The notes under the pieces are model-generated. The model did not search any database. It was not told the DNA's origin and saw only the letters and a program-made list of their open reading frames with translations. 64,000 bases of DNA from Candidatus Eiseniibacteriota bacterium (GTDB taxonomy: Bacteria > Eisenbacteria > RBG-16-71-46 > CAVPCR01). Below, in pieces: positions 20,630 through 30,174 of this stretch. A program made the position numbers and the translations under genes. The stretch is from assembly GCA_963823555.1 (NCBI GenBank), contig CAWGMA010000001.1:1920001-1984000 (forward strand). Reading direction: 5' to 3'. Position 1 is the stretch's first letter. Each line of letters starts with the position of its first letter.

Positions 20630-21286
20630 TCACATGAATCCGCGGCTCTTCAGGCTCACGTACGTGCCACGGCCGATGATGAGGTGATCGAGCACCGCAA
20701 TACCGAGCAGATCGCCCGCTTCGACGAGGCGGCGCGTCAGCGCGAGATCGTCCGTGGACGGTTCGGGATCTCCCGATGGGTGGTTATGGACGACGATCAG
20801 GCTCGCCGCCCGCCGGTCGATGGCCGGTCCGAAGACCTCCCGGGGATGAACGATCGAGGCGCTCAAGCTCCCCACCGAGATCGTCTCGCGAGCCAGGACG
20901 CGGTTACGCGCATCGAGATAGAAGGCGACAAAGTGCTCTTGCCGCACCAGCTCGAGATCGCGCGCCACGGCATGGACATCCTGGGCCTGGGAAAGGGTGC
21001 GCTGTCCTCCCTCGGGCCGGTACAGGCGGCGGCCGAGCTCGAAGCAAGCGCTCAGGACCGCGGCCTCCGCCGGCTTGACACCCGGCGTCGCCAGGAGGCC
21101 GGCGCAATCCCGCACCGCCAGCTCACTGAGATCCGCACATGACCCCAGAGCTCGCGCCAGTCTCCGGACCCGGATGCCGGGAGCGCCCCGTCCGAGGAGG
21201 AGCGCAACGAGCTCCGCATCGGAGAGCGTGTGAGCCCCATCCTGGGCCAGGCGCTCTGCGAGCGCCGGTGCCGATCGGCCATTCAC
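20630..21286 (-). CDS. radC: RadC / JAB-domain protein
   Basis: LSDAELVALLL, VHPREVF, HNHPSGDPEPS and DHLIIG motifs. GTG start inferred. Confidence 0.9.
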   Translation of the reverse strand: MNGRSAPALAERLAQDGAHTLSDAELVALLLGRGAPGIRVRRLARALGSCADLSELAVRDCAGLLATPGVKPAEAAVLSACFELGRRLYRPEGGQRTLSQAQDVHAVARDLELVRQEHFVAFYLDARNRVLARETISVGSLSASIVHPREVFGPAIDRRAASLIVVHNHPSGDPEPSTDDLALTRRLVEAGDLLGIAVLDHLIIGRGTYVSLKSRGFM

Positions 21287-21817
21287 GGGCGACGACCGTG
21301 CCGATCGGCCCAGCCGACACGAGGATGAACCAGGAACATGCGGGGGGGATGCGCGGGACGGTGTGGCGGTTGGTTCATGACGCGGCGGCCGACCCTCACG
21401 AGCCCGGGCGAAACCTCTCCTCTGTCGAGCGACGGGAAGGCCGCCTGCCCGCTCTCCTGCTCCAAACGATGAAGGCATGTCGTGCTCCGCCTTGCCAGCC
21501 TCCGCCGGGGGACCCCCGGCGGAGCAGACGGCGAGAACCTGTCATCCGCTCGGCGGGGGGCGCCCCGCGCATCCCCGGCCCCATCCACAGCGAAGGACGT
21601 GCCAGCCGAGGCCGGGTTGGATCCGCGTCGCGACGAGGACCGCGGCCCGGCGAGAAGACCGCCTCTGCCCGCAACTTGTCGGCGGCTACGACCTCGTGCG
21701 GCCCGGCGCCGCGAGGTGGCAGCCGCCATCGCCAGGCGACGCCCTGTCGCCGCCGTGGCCTATGGAGGACACGGCGGCGGCAGGGCGCGGCGGGACGCGC
21801 CCCGGACCCGGAGCCGT

Positions 21818-21846
21818 TTGACCCCCTCTCACTCGCCTCCTATAAT
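21818..21846 (+). promoter_or_regulatory. Sigma70-type promoter
   Basis: TTGACC (21818-21823), 17 nt spacer, TATAAT (21841-21846), upstream of the 22006 gene. Confidence 0.75.
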
Positions 21847-22005
21847 CCCCCGCTCGCACCAGGGCCGGAACCTGCGCTCTCCGGCCCGGGTACAGGCTCG
21901 CGAGCGTGGCTTGCGGGAGCGTCACGAGATCGTCCGGCTCCACGCAGTCCGGGCTCTTGGACCGGTACCGCACCTTCCCACCCCTGGCCGGAGACCGATC
22001 TGCGG

Positions 22006-25000
22006 ATGAGACTGCCTTCGTCGCCCACTCAGGCGCGTGACAGCCACGCCTCCATCCCGGCGATTCTCGTTCTCATCTTCTCGACTGGACTGGGTTCGGC
22101 CACTCAGGCGGGCATCGCGGCGGCAAATCCGGACCCCGCGCCGACGCTCAGACTGCGAGTCCATGCTCCATCGGATCGGGATCTCCTGGGCGCAGCGGCC
22201 CGCCTGCGCCAGGAACGGACCGCGCGCCGCGCCCTGTCACCCACCGCCCCAGAATCGCTATCGATCGCCGCCATCCGCGTTGACTTCGTGCGCGACTCGG
22301 ACCCCGGGACAACGGGTGACGGCAAGTTCGATCTCTCGAACCCGGGGGGCAACGGCCTCGACCGGCCGCCGCACGATCGCGACTACTTCGAGCGCCAGCT
22401 GCTTGCCCTCGAGAACTACTGGCGCACCGTCTCCGGCGGCCGGCTCGAGCTGGTCACCACCGTCTTTCCAGAGGAAGCGGCGGCAGCGTTCACGCTCCCC
22501 CACCCCATGGCCTTCTACAACCCCGACACGACAGCGGCCGCCAAGGAAGTGCGCCTCGCCGAGTTCTTCCGCGACGCCGTCCTCGCCGGGGATCCCGGCG
22601 TCGAGTTCGCCGCGTTCGACGCCGTCGTCATCTTCCACGCCGGTGTCGGACAGGATCTTGTGCTCGACGACTCGACACCCAACGACCTTCCTTCCGCCTT
22701 CTTGAGCTTTCGCGAGCTCAAGACCGCCCTGGCCCCCGACGATCCCGACTTCGCCGGGATCCCGGTCGACGGCGGGATGTTCTTCGTGCGCGATGGGATG
22801 TGGGCCCCCGAGACCGAGGTGCAGGAGCTGCCGGCTCCCATCGGCACCATCGAATTCTCCCTCCACGGCGTCGTCGCCAGCCTCTTCGGCAGCCAGCTCG
22901 GCCTGCCGAGCCTCTTCAATACCGAGTCCGGAGCACCCGGCATCGGCCGCTTCGGGCTCATGGATCAAGGCGCCGGCAACGAACTCGGGAAGCTCCCCGC
23001 CGCGCCGTGCGCCTGGTCCCGGTTCTTTCTCGGATTCACCGATCCCGTGGTCCTCCGCCAGGGCACCGATGTCCGCCTCCACGCCTCGCTTCTCGGTCCG
23101 ATCGAAGACCCGGTCTTCATACCGGATCTGGCCCTCCTCCCCATCGACTCACGCGAGTACTACCTGATCGAGAACCGGCAGCAAGAGCTCGACGGTGAGC
23201 CGGGCTTCGCGCTCATCGACAGTCTGGGCACGGTGATCGGCGTTGCCGGAAAGGAATATGACGCAGCGATCCCCGGCTCCGGGCTCCTGATCTGGCACAT
23301 CGACGAGGACGCGATCCGAGCCGGAATCGATCGCAACACAGTCAACAACGACTACGCGCGGCGCGGTGTCGATCTCGAGGAAGCCGACGGGACGCAGGAC
23401 ATCGGGCTCCGGGCCGACGGCGGGTTCGGCCGCCCGGAGGACTGCTATCGGGCGGGCAACGCCACCCGCTTTGCGGCGGACACCTCCCCCTCCTCACTCA
23501 CCAATTGGGGTGCCTCGACGCATATTGCGGTCGAGAACGTGGGCGAGAGCGCGGTCATCATGGGCTTCGATGTCGGAGTCGATATCGCTCAACCAGGGTT
23601 CCCGGACTCGACCTTCGCCGCCGGCGGCCTCGATCACGTCTCGCTCACCAGCGGCGACATCGACGATCTGGACGACAACCGCAGGGAGATCGCCTTCGTC
23701 ACCCCCGGGGGCCAGCTCGTCGCGCTCACCTCCGAAGCGATCCCCCTGTTCCCGCCGGTCGCCCTCGGGGACTCAGCGGCCGGGACCCCGCCTTTCCTCG
23801 CCGACCTCGATCCCGCCCTTCTCGGCCTCGAGATCGCCGTCGCCACCAAGCGCGGCATCCGGGTCCTGGCGGCGGACGGAAGCGCCGCGGGCACCGCGAT
23901 GTGGTCCCGCGATCTTGTCTCCGCGCCGCACGGCGGTCCGCTCGCCGTGGATGTGGGCGGCGAGCTCGCCCTGGCGGCGCTGGACCGGGACGGTCGCCTC
24001 CATTTATGGCGTCAGGACGTGACTATTCCCGGATTCCCCTTGGCTGCCGGAGTCGCTCCGCGGTCCAATCTCGCCCTGATCGACTCGACCCTGCTGTTTG
24101 CGGCTGGAGATGAACTCCTGTGGGTGACACCGGGCGCGGCGGGCACGCCCGAGGTCCGCCGGGCCCCGGCGCCGGGAACCGGCCGGCTGTGGCTTCTCCC
24201 CGGGAGCTTCACCCGGGAGGCGGCGGAACCGACCCTGGCGCTGGCGAGCGAAACCGAGGGCCAGGTGTGGCTACTCGACTGGGAGGGTCGGGGGCTCCCC
24301 GGCTGGCCGCGCCCCACCGGGGAGCGTCACGCGGGTCCGCCGGCCGCAGCGGATCTCGATGCCGATGGGGAGCTGGACTTCGTGATTGGTGGCGAAGGCC
24401 GGGTCTGGGCCCTGAGCGGGAGCGGGGCCGCTGTTCCCGGCTGGCCCGCCGAGCTCCGCCGCGGGAGCCAGGGGCCGGCGCTCACCGGGTCGCCGGTAAT
24501 CGGCGATGCCGATGCCGACGGCCGGCTGGACATCATCGTCGGAGCGCCGGAGGGTGGTCTTCATGCCTTCGCCGCCGATGGGAGCCCGCTTTTCGGGTTC
24601 CCCCTGCCCGCTGGAGACGCCAATCTGGGGAGCCCGATCCTCGCCGAGCTGGATGGCGATGGCCGCATCGAGATCGCCACCGCCGCGGCCGACGGCTGGC
24701 TCCACGCCTTCGAGCTTCCCGGACTCGGCGCCGACGTGGCCTGGCCCGGCTACGGCGGACCGGAAGGTGCCTTCACCGCCCAGGTCGCGCTGGGCCCCGC
24801 TCTGCCGCTCGCGAGCATCCTCCCCGACGACTCGATCACGATCTACCCGAACCCCTCATCGGGGCCGGTCCACATTCGCTTTCGCTCCGCAGCCGGTACC
24901 GCTGTGAGCATTTCCGTGATGGATGCCCTCGGCCGCCCGGTCCGCCACCTGACGGCCGCCGCCGGCGGCCTCGGTGAGATCCTCTGGGATGGAAGGGATG

Positions 25001-25104
25001 AAGATGGGGACCGCGCCCCGAGCGGGATCTATGTGTGTCACATCGCAGCGACCAACGGAGGAGAATCGATCGCCCATCTGCGCTCGATCGCCATCACCCG
25101 CTAG
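22006..25104 (+). CDS. Secreted M6/immune-inhibitor-A-like protein lacking zinc ligands, with FG-GAP repeats and C-terminal FlgD-Ig/T9SS-like domain
   Basis: Signal peptide; VIFHAG, CAWSR, EYYLIENRQ, GSGLLIWHIDE and VDLEEADG M6-like motifs; DLDADG/DADADG/ELDGDG repeats; IYPNP...WDGRDEDG...SGIY. Start taken at ATG 22006 after GGAGA and the promoter. Confidence 0.75.
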   Translation: MRLPSSPTQARDSHASIPAILVLIFSTGLGSATQAGIAAANPDPAPTLRLRVHAPSDRDLLGAAARLRQERTARRALSPTAPESLSIAAIRVDFVRDSDPGTTGDGKFDLSNPGGNGLDRPPHDRDYFERQLLALENYWRTVSGGRLELVTTVFPEEAAAAFTLPHPMAFYNPDTTAAAKEVRLAEFFRDAVLAGDPGVEFAAFDAVVIFHAGVGQDLVLDDSTPNDLPSAFLSFRELKTALAPDDPDFAGIPVDGGMFFVRDGMWAPETEVQELPAPIGTIEFSLHGVVASLFGSQLGLPSLFNTESGAPGIGRFGLMDQGAGNELGKLPAAPCAWSRFFLGFTDPVVLRQGTDVRLHASLLGPIEDPVFIPDLALLPIDSREYYLIENRQQELDGEPGFALIDSLGTVIGVAGKEYDAAIPGSGLLIWHIDEDAIRAGIDRNTVNNDYARRGVDLEEADGTQDIGLRADGGFGRPEDCYRAGNATRFAADTSPSSLTNWGASTHIAVENVGESAVIMGFDVGVDIAQPGFPDSTFAAGGLDHVSLTSGDIDDLDDNRREIAFVTPGGQLVALTSEAIPLFPPVALGDSAAGTPPFLADLDPALLGLEIAVATKRGIRVLAADGSAAGTAMWSRDLVSAPHGGPLAVDVGGELALAALDRDGRLHLWRQDVTIPGFPLAAGVAPRSNLALIDSTLLFAAGDELLWVTPGAAGTPEVRRAPAPGTGRLWLLPGSFTREAAEPTLALASETEGQVWLLDWEGRGLPGWPRPTGERHAGPPAAADLDADGELDFVIGGEGRVWALSGSGAAVPGWPAELRRGSQGPALTGSPVIGDADADGRLDIIVGAPEGGLHAFAADGSPLFGFPLPAGDANLGSPILAELDGDGRIEIATAAADGWLHAFELPGLGADVAWPGYGGPEGAFTAQVALGPALPLASILPDDSITIYPNPSSGPVHIRFRSAAGTAVSISVMDALGRPVRHLTAAAGGLGEILWDGRDEDGDRAPSGIYVCHIAATNGGESIAHLRSIAITR

Positions 25105-25140
25105 GCGACGCCTCGCCGTCACCTGGCCAGCGAAAGCCCA

Positions 25141-28100
25141 ATGATCCGTCTTCGACCCAATCTGCTGATCCTCTGCGCATTATCCATCCTGGTGGTGGCG
25201 GGCCGCGCCCATGCCGGCAACCGCTCGGATCTCGAGTGGCAGACCCTCGAAACCGACCACTTCCAGGTTCATTTCCATCAGGGAACGGAAGGCACGGCGC
25301 GGCGCGCCGCCGCCATCGCCGAGGAGATCTACCCCGCGATCACCGGCCTCTACAACTACGAGCCCAAACAGCTCACGCACCTCATCATCCTCGACACCGA
25401 CGACTACGCCAACGGGGCGGCCTTCTACTACGACGACAAGATCGAGATCTGGGCCACGGCCCTCGAGTTCGAACTCCGGGGGACGCACACCTGGCTGCGG
25501 GACGTGATCACTCACGAGTACACCCATATCATCTCGCTGCAGGCCGCCCAGCGCATGCCGCACTTCATGCCTTCGGTCTACCTGCAGGGGTTCGGCTACG
25601 AGGAAGAGAAACGCCAGGACGTCCTCATCGGCTATCCCAATATCATCTACTCCTATCCATGGCCGGGGACGATGATGGCGGCCTGGTTCGCGGAAGGGGT
25701 CTCCCAGTACCAGACGCGCAGCGTCTACAACGACTGGTGGGACACACATCGCGACATGCTCCTGCGCATGGCCGCGCTCGACGGCACGCTCCTGACCTAC
25801 GACCAGATGGGCGGATTCGGCGGCACCGGGCTCGAATCCGAGATGATCTACAACCAGGGCCACTCGCTCGTCCGCTTCATCGCCGACCGCTATGGCGAAG
25901 AGGCCCTCGAGGAGATCACGGCGGGTCTCAAGTCGATCTGGCGTCTCGACATGGATGGAGCATTCAAGTCGGCCACCGGCAAGGACGGCGGCGAGCTCTA
26001 CGCGGAGTGGAAGGAGGCGATCACCGCCGACTACCAGCGACTGGCGACGGAGATGGCCCCCCGGAGCATCGAAGGAACAACCGTCTCCGACGGCGGCTAC
26101 CTGAACCTCTATCCGGCGTGGCAGCCGGAGACCGCAGCCCTCTACTGGGCCTCGAACCGGGGCCGGGACTACGGTCAGCTGACCCTGGTCAAGCTCGAGG
26201 CCGGAGCGCTCCGGATGGCCCAGGGCGATGACGGTGGGGCCACACCCGGTGAGCCCAATCGAAGCGACACCCCCGAGCCGGTCGCGAGCGGCATCTCGAC
26301 GCCCCTCGCCATGAGCGCAGACGGCAAGCTCGCGTTCTATTCGAAGCGGACCGACGAGAACCCGCATGGATCGCGGGTCAACGATATCTATGTCCTCGAT
26401 ACCGCCAAGGACAAGGAAGACCGCTTGACCAAGAGCCTGCGCGCCAAGGATCCGGCCATCTCCCCCGACGGCAGGCACATTGCCGCCATCGTGAACGGCG
26501 ACGGCACCAACCAGGTTGTCATCCTCGATCGCGGGGGCCAGCTCTTGCGCACACTCACCCAGAGCGCGCACGGCACTCAGTACTACACGCCGCGCTGGTC
26601 GCCGGACGGGACCTCGCTTCTCCTCTGCACCTTCCGCGGTCTGTCACGTGACATATTGCTGATGGACGCGGAAACCGGCGCCGAGCAGATGCTGGTGGAG
26701 ACGCCGGCCGATGAGCGGGATCCGTGCTACATCCCGGGAGAGAACGCCATCCTCTACGCGTCGGACCGGACCGGCATCTTCAATATCTACCGCCGCGATC
26801 TGGCCAGCGGAGCGGTCACCCAGGTCACCAACCTGATCGGCGGCGCCTTCTATCCGGCCGTCTCCGCCGACGGAACGCTCGCCATGAGCGCGTTCACCGG
26901 ACCCGGCTACGAAGTGCGGGTCCTGCCCCGCGCGGAGTGGGGTCAGGACGTCGTCCCCGACACGCCTTCCGACCCGCGCGGCGACTACCGCCTGGCGACC
27001 GCCGGTCCCACGGCGCTCCGCTTCGACCAGATGGATGGCGGCTTCAGCGGCGAGGCGACCCGCTACGACCTGAGCTATCCGGTCACCCATTTCATGCCGC
27101 GCCTCATCCTCGACAACGGCCGGCCCCGGCTCGGCTTCTACATGGCGTCCAACGAGATCCTCGACAAGCAGTCCTTCTATGCCGGCGGGGCGGTGGGGCG
27201 TCGATTCGGCGGTTTCGAGTTCGAGCTCTCCGGCGGCTACGAGAACCGGCAGCTTCCAGTCACGGTCTTGCTCGATGCCTATCGTGTCCGGCGCCGGGAC
27301 GTGAATGTCGAGGAAGGCCAGATCGTGGCCGGCGCCGGGGTGCCGCATGGGGGAGAGATCAGGCCCATCAAGTTCGAGACCCGCTACGACCTGGTCGAGG
27401 CCGATGCCGGCCTCCGTTATGAATGGGGAGATCGCTACAGTCTGACCTACTGGAAGAACCTCACCGCCCTCTACACCTACCAGGACTACAACATCAACTT
27501 CTTCGCCACGGATGATATCGACGGGTCCTTCTACGGCAAGGATGGCTGGAGCTACTACAAGGGGCACATCGCCAGCACCCAGTTCGACTACCGCAAGGTG
27601 GAGCGAGCCATGGACTCGGATGTGAATCCGCGCGGCGGGCGCACTGTCATGGCCCGTGCCGCCTACACCTGGGCGGGACTCAATCCATCCGGTGTGCGCA
27701 GTATCGAGGACTTCCAGCCGGTCTACGAGGACAACGACTTCGGCGAGATCGAGTTCGACTGGCGCGAGCATGTCGGGATGCCGTGGGGACGCCACACGCT
27801 CGAGTTGAGGGCCCGCGGCGGATTCATCCACAACACAGAGGTCGACGACTTCTTCCACTACGCGGTCGGCAGCCAGCCGGGGCTTCGCGGCTACACGTAC
27901 TTCTCGGCCCAGGGCCGGAAGCTCGGCATCGGAGGCGTCACCTACCGCTTCCCCATCATCCGCCGCCTTGACAAGCAGGTCTCGCCGCTCCTCGTGCATC
28001 GCATCTACGGCGGCGTGTTCTACGAGGCGGGGAATGTGTGGAACGACTCGGGGCTGGAGGGACTCTCGGTGGACCGCCTGCTCTCGGATGTCGGATTCGA

Positions 28101-28227
28101 GCTCCGGATCGACATGACATCCTTCTACAGCTATCCCGCGGCGTTCTACCTGGAGGGGGCGCGCGGGGTATCCGGTTATCTGGAGGAGCAATGGCGCTTC
28201 TACTCGGGCCTGCTCTTCAGCTTCTAG
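25141..28227 (+). CDS. Outer-membrane protein: gluzincin-like peptidase domain, PD40/TolB-like propeller and Omp85/BamA-like beta-barrel
   Basis: Signal peptide; HEYTH plus WFAEG; PAISPDG and PRWSPDG repeats; LRGY barrel motif; terminal Phe. Confidence 0.75.
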   Translation: MIRLRPNLLILCALSILVVAGRAHAGNRSDLEWQTLETDHFQVHFHQGTEGTARRAAAIAEEIYPAITGLYNYEPKQLTHLIILDTDDYANGAAFYYDDKIEIWATALEFELRGTHTWLRDVITHEYTHIISLQAAQRMPHFMPSVYLQGFGYEEEKRQDVLIGYPNIIYSYPWPGTMMAAWFAEGVSQYQTRSVYNDWWDTHRDMLLRMAALDGTLLTYDQMGGFGGTGLESEMIYNQGHSLVRFIADRYGEEALEEITAGLKSIWRLDMDGAFKSATGKDGGELYAEWKEAITADYQRLATEMAPRSIEGTTVSDGGYLNLYPAWQPETAALYWASNRGRDYGQLTLVKLEAGALRMAQGDDGGATPGEPNRSDTPEPVASGISTPLAMSADGKLAFYSKRTDENPHGSRVNDIYVLDTAKDKEDRLTKSLRAKDPAISPDGRHIAAIVNGDGTNQVVILDRGGQLLRTLTQSAHGTQYYTPRWSPDGTSLLLCTFRGLSRDILLMDAETGAEQMLVETPADERDPCYIPGENAILYASDRTGIFNIYRRDLASGAVTQVTNLIGGAFYPAVSADGTLAMSAFTGPGYEVRVLPRAEWGQDVVPDTPSDPRGDYRLATAGPTALRFDQMDGGFSGEATRYDLSYPVTHFMPRLILDNGRPRLGFYMASNEILDKQSFYAGGAVGRRFGGFEFELSGGYENRQLPVTVLLDAYRVRRRDVNVEEGQIVAGAGVPHGGEIRPIKFETRYDLVEADAGLRYEWGDRYSLTYWKNLTALYTYQDYNINFFATDDIDGSFYGKDGWSYYKGHIASTQFDYRKVERAMDSDVNPRGGRTVMARAAYTWAGLNPSGVRSIEDFQPVYEDNDFGEIEFDWREHVGMPWGRHTLELRARGGFIHNTEVDDFFHYAVGSQPGLRGYTYFSAQGRKLGIGGVTYRFPIIRRLDKQVSPLLVHRIYGGVFYEAGNVWNDSGLEGLSVDRLLSDVGFELRIDMTSFYSYPAAFYLEGARGVSGYLEEQWRFYSGLLFSF

Positions 28228-28249
28228 GTCTTCGCGGCGGGGACCGGTC

Positions 28250-28549
28250 CTAGACGTCCCCGAGCATGGACTCCGTGAGCCTGGGATCGGCGGCCGTGCT
28301 CACGCCCAGTGGGCTCAGACGGACGAGCGTGAAGCCTTCCGTGGTGGCGTGGATCGGAAACCCGCCCATGAGTTCGACGAGCTCTCGCTCGTGAAGGCCC
28401 AGGCAGGCCTCCTTGACCTCGTCGGGCCCGACCCCCAGGGCCGCCCGTAGGTCGGCCACTGAAATCCAGCCGCCCTGCTGGCCGCGCCCGCGGTCACTGA
28501 GGTAGCGAAGGACTCTTCTCGCCACGGTCTGCTGCGGCTTTCCGCTCAT
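28250..28549 (-). CDS. Small hypothetical protein, possible winged helix-turn-helix (99 aa)
   Basis: GGGGAG RBS before ATG 28549; RVLRYL...ISVADLRAALGVGPDEVKEACLGLHERELVE pattern. Confidence 0.55.
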   Translation of the reverse strand: MSGKPQQTVARRVLRYLSDRGRGQQGGWISVADLRAALGVGPDEVKEACLGLHERELVELMGGFPIHATTEGFTLVRLSPLGVSTAADPRLTESMLGDV

Positions 28550-28582
28550 GCCGTGTCTCCCCTGCTGCGAGATCCACCACCC

Positions 28583-28625
28583 AAAAAGGCCCGCCCCTCG
28601 GGATGCGATTCCAAGGGGCGGGGCC
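28583..28625 (-). terminator. Intrinsic terminator in the leader of the 28549 gene
   Basis: Minus strand reads GGCCCCGCCCCTTGGA...TCCCGAGGGGCGGGCC followed by TTTTT. Confidence 0.7.
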
Positions 28626-28832
28626 GTGGCTCGGACTGCGAAGCTCGGGGCAACCGTCCTTGCCGACCCGGTTTCCCGGGCGCAGGCGTCGTAGCAGGCG
28701 CCTGCCGGCCACATGTGACCATGGGCCGGCCTGGGCGAGCCGAGCTGATATGTCTGTGCTGCCGTTGGGCACATGGCTGCAGATCCCAAGGGGATGCCCG
28801 CAGGATGCAAAAGCCCTGCCCCATCCAGGCAA
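28583..28832 (-). ncRNA. Putative structured ncRNA / attenuator leader (about 250 nt), family not recognised
   Basis: Bounded by a promoter and a terminator. Contains a 102-nt imperfect hairpin (28729-28830) and several short hairpins including CCCGG-GAAA-CCGGG. Confidence 0.45.
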
Positions 28833-28838
28833 TCGTGT

Positions 28839-28867
28839 AAACTAGCACGAATTCACTTTGGCGTCAA
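28839..28867 (-). promoter_or_regulatory. Sigma70-type promoter (extended -10)
   Basis: TTGACG (28867-28862), 17 nt spacer, TAGTTT (28844-28839) preceded by TGn, in a locally AT-richer patch. Confidence 0.6.
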
Positions 28868-28931
28868 CGTATCGCAGAGCGATGGCCAGAATGCTCGTGA
28901 CGGGCCGCTGGCGCAGGGGAGGCTCTGAAGC

Positions 28932-30161
28932 ATGAGTCCGATCGGGGCTGGGGATGGGGAAACGGCGCGCACAGCCGCGGATACGGCGGCGGCCGCAGGT
29001 CATGCGGTGGCAGGAGCCTCGGCGGTCACGGGATTGTGGACCTTCCCCACTCTCGTCTTCTCCGCGTTCGTGCTCGGGTGGGCGGCGGAAGCCGCTCAGT
29101 TCGTCTTCTCGCAAGGGCTCTCTCTCGCCATCCTGGCCTGGCTCCAGACCCTGCCCGAGTTCGCCGTCGAGGCGGTGATCGCCTGGGACCAGAACGTCCC
29201 GCTCATGACCGCCAACTTCACCGGCTCGCTGCGCCTGCTCGTCGGCCTCGGCTGGCCGCTCATCTTCGTCACGCGGGCCATCTTCGGCGTGAGGAAGATG
29301 GGATTGCGGGCCACCGTGATCCGGCTCGACGACGAGCATGCGGTGGAGGTTGTGGGACTCCTGGCCCCGATCGTCTATTTCGTCCTCATCTATCTCAAGG
29401 CGTCGCTCAACCTCATCGACGCAGCCATCTTGATCGGGATCTACTTCGCCTACCTCAAGATCCTCTCCCGGATTCCGCCCCAGGAGAGCGAGAGCGTGGA
29501 GGACATCCCGCGGGTTTCGCGCTGGGCCCTCAGCCTCCCTGGAAAGGGGAAGTTCTGCGCCATCTTCGGTCTGTTCGTGGCCGGCGGCGTCATCCTCTAC
29601 TTCGTCGCCCATCCCTTCTACGAATCGATGCTGACCATGGCCGTCTCTCTCGGGGTCTCCCAGTTCGTGTTCGTGCAATGGGTGGCCCCCTTCCTCTCCG
29701 AGTTCCCGGAGAAGGTCACGGCCTTCAACTGGGCCCGTACCGGCCGCAAGGCCCCGCTGGCGCTCATGAACATGGTCTCGTCCAACATCAACCAGTGGAC
29801 GGTCCTCGCCGCCATGATCCCCATCGTCTACTCGCTCTCGCGCGGGGAGCCCTCCTCCATCCCCTTCGATGCCCATCACCGGACCGAGATCCTGCTCACC
29901 ATCATCCAATCCTTCCTCGGCATGCTCCTTCTCGCCAATCTCGAGTTCCGCTGGTACGAGGCCATCGGCCTGTTCGCCCTGTGGGCCGCCCAGTTCGCCT
30001 TCCCCCACCTGCGCGAGGAGATCATCGTCGTCTATGCCATCTGGTGCGCGCTGGAGATCGTCCTGGCCCTGACGGGCAGGAAGCCGCTCCGCGCCTTCCC
30101 GGTCTTCATGCAACTGTGGCGAACCCATGGTCGAGCCAGCACCGGGACCAGGAGGCGCTAG
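28932..30161 (+). CDS. Sodium:calcium (cation) exchanger family protein
   Basis: Two alpha-repeat-like motifs, LQTLPEFAVE...ANFTG and PFLSEFPEK...NMVSSNINQ; about 10 TM helices. Confidence 0.8.
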   Translation: MSPIGAGDGETARTAADTAAAAGHAVAGASAVTGLWTFPTLVFSAFVLGWAAEAAQFVFSQGLSLAILAWLQTLPEFAVEAVIAWDQNVPLMTANFTGSLRLLVGLGWPLIFVTRAIFGVRKMGLRATVIRLDDEHAVEVVGLLAPIVYFVLIYLKASLNLIDAAILIGIYFAYLKILSRIPPQESESVEDIPRVSRWALSLPGKGKFCAIFGLFVAGGVILYFVAHPFYESMLTMAVSLGVSQFVFVQWVAPFLSEFPEKVTAFNWARTGRKAPLALMNMVSSNINQWTVLAAMIPIVYSLSRGEPSSIPFDAHHRTEILLTIIQSFLGMLLLANLEFRWYEAIGLFALWAAQFAFPHLREEIIVVYAIWCALEIVLALTGRKPLRAFPVFMQLWRTHGRASTGTRRR

Positions 30162-30174
30162 AGGCGACCGGCGA

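Noticed and set aside
20630..21286. radC as a marker of an integrated mobile element
   Set aside because: It is the full-length chromosomal type among housekeeping genes, with no integrase, att repeats or composition shift.
21139..22005. 289-aa N-terminal extension of the 1321-aa ORF, and the 21283-21729 minus-strand ORF
   Set aside because: Both are Arg/Pro-rich and non-protein-like. The extension overlaps radC and spans a consensus promoter, and the signal peptide begins after 22006.
28729..28830. SRP (4.5S) RNA or c-di-GMP-I riboswitch identity for the structured leader
   Set aside because: It lacks the SRP CAGG-GNRA-AGCAG domain IV motif and the GGCAAA...GACGCAAAG GEMM consensus, so it is left unassigned.
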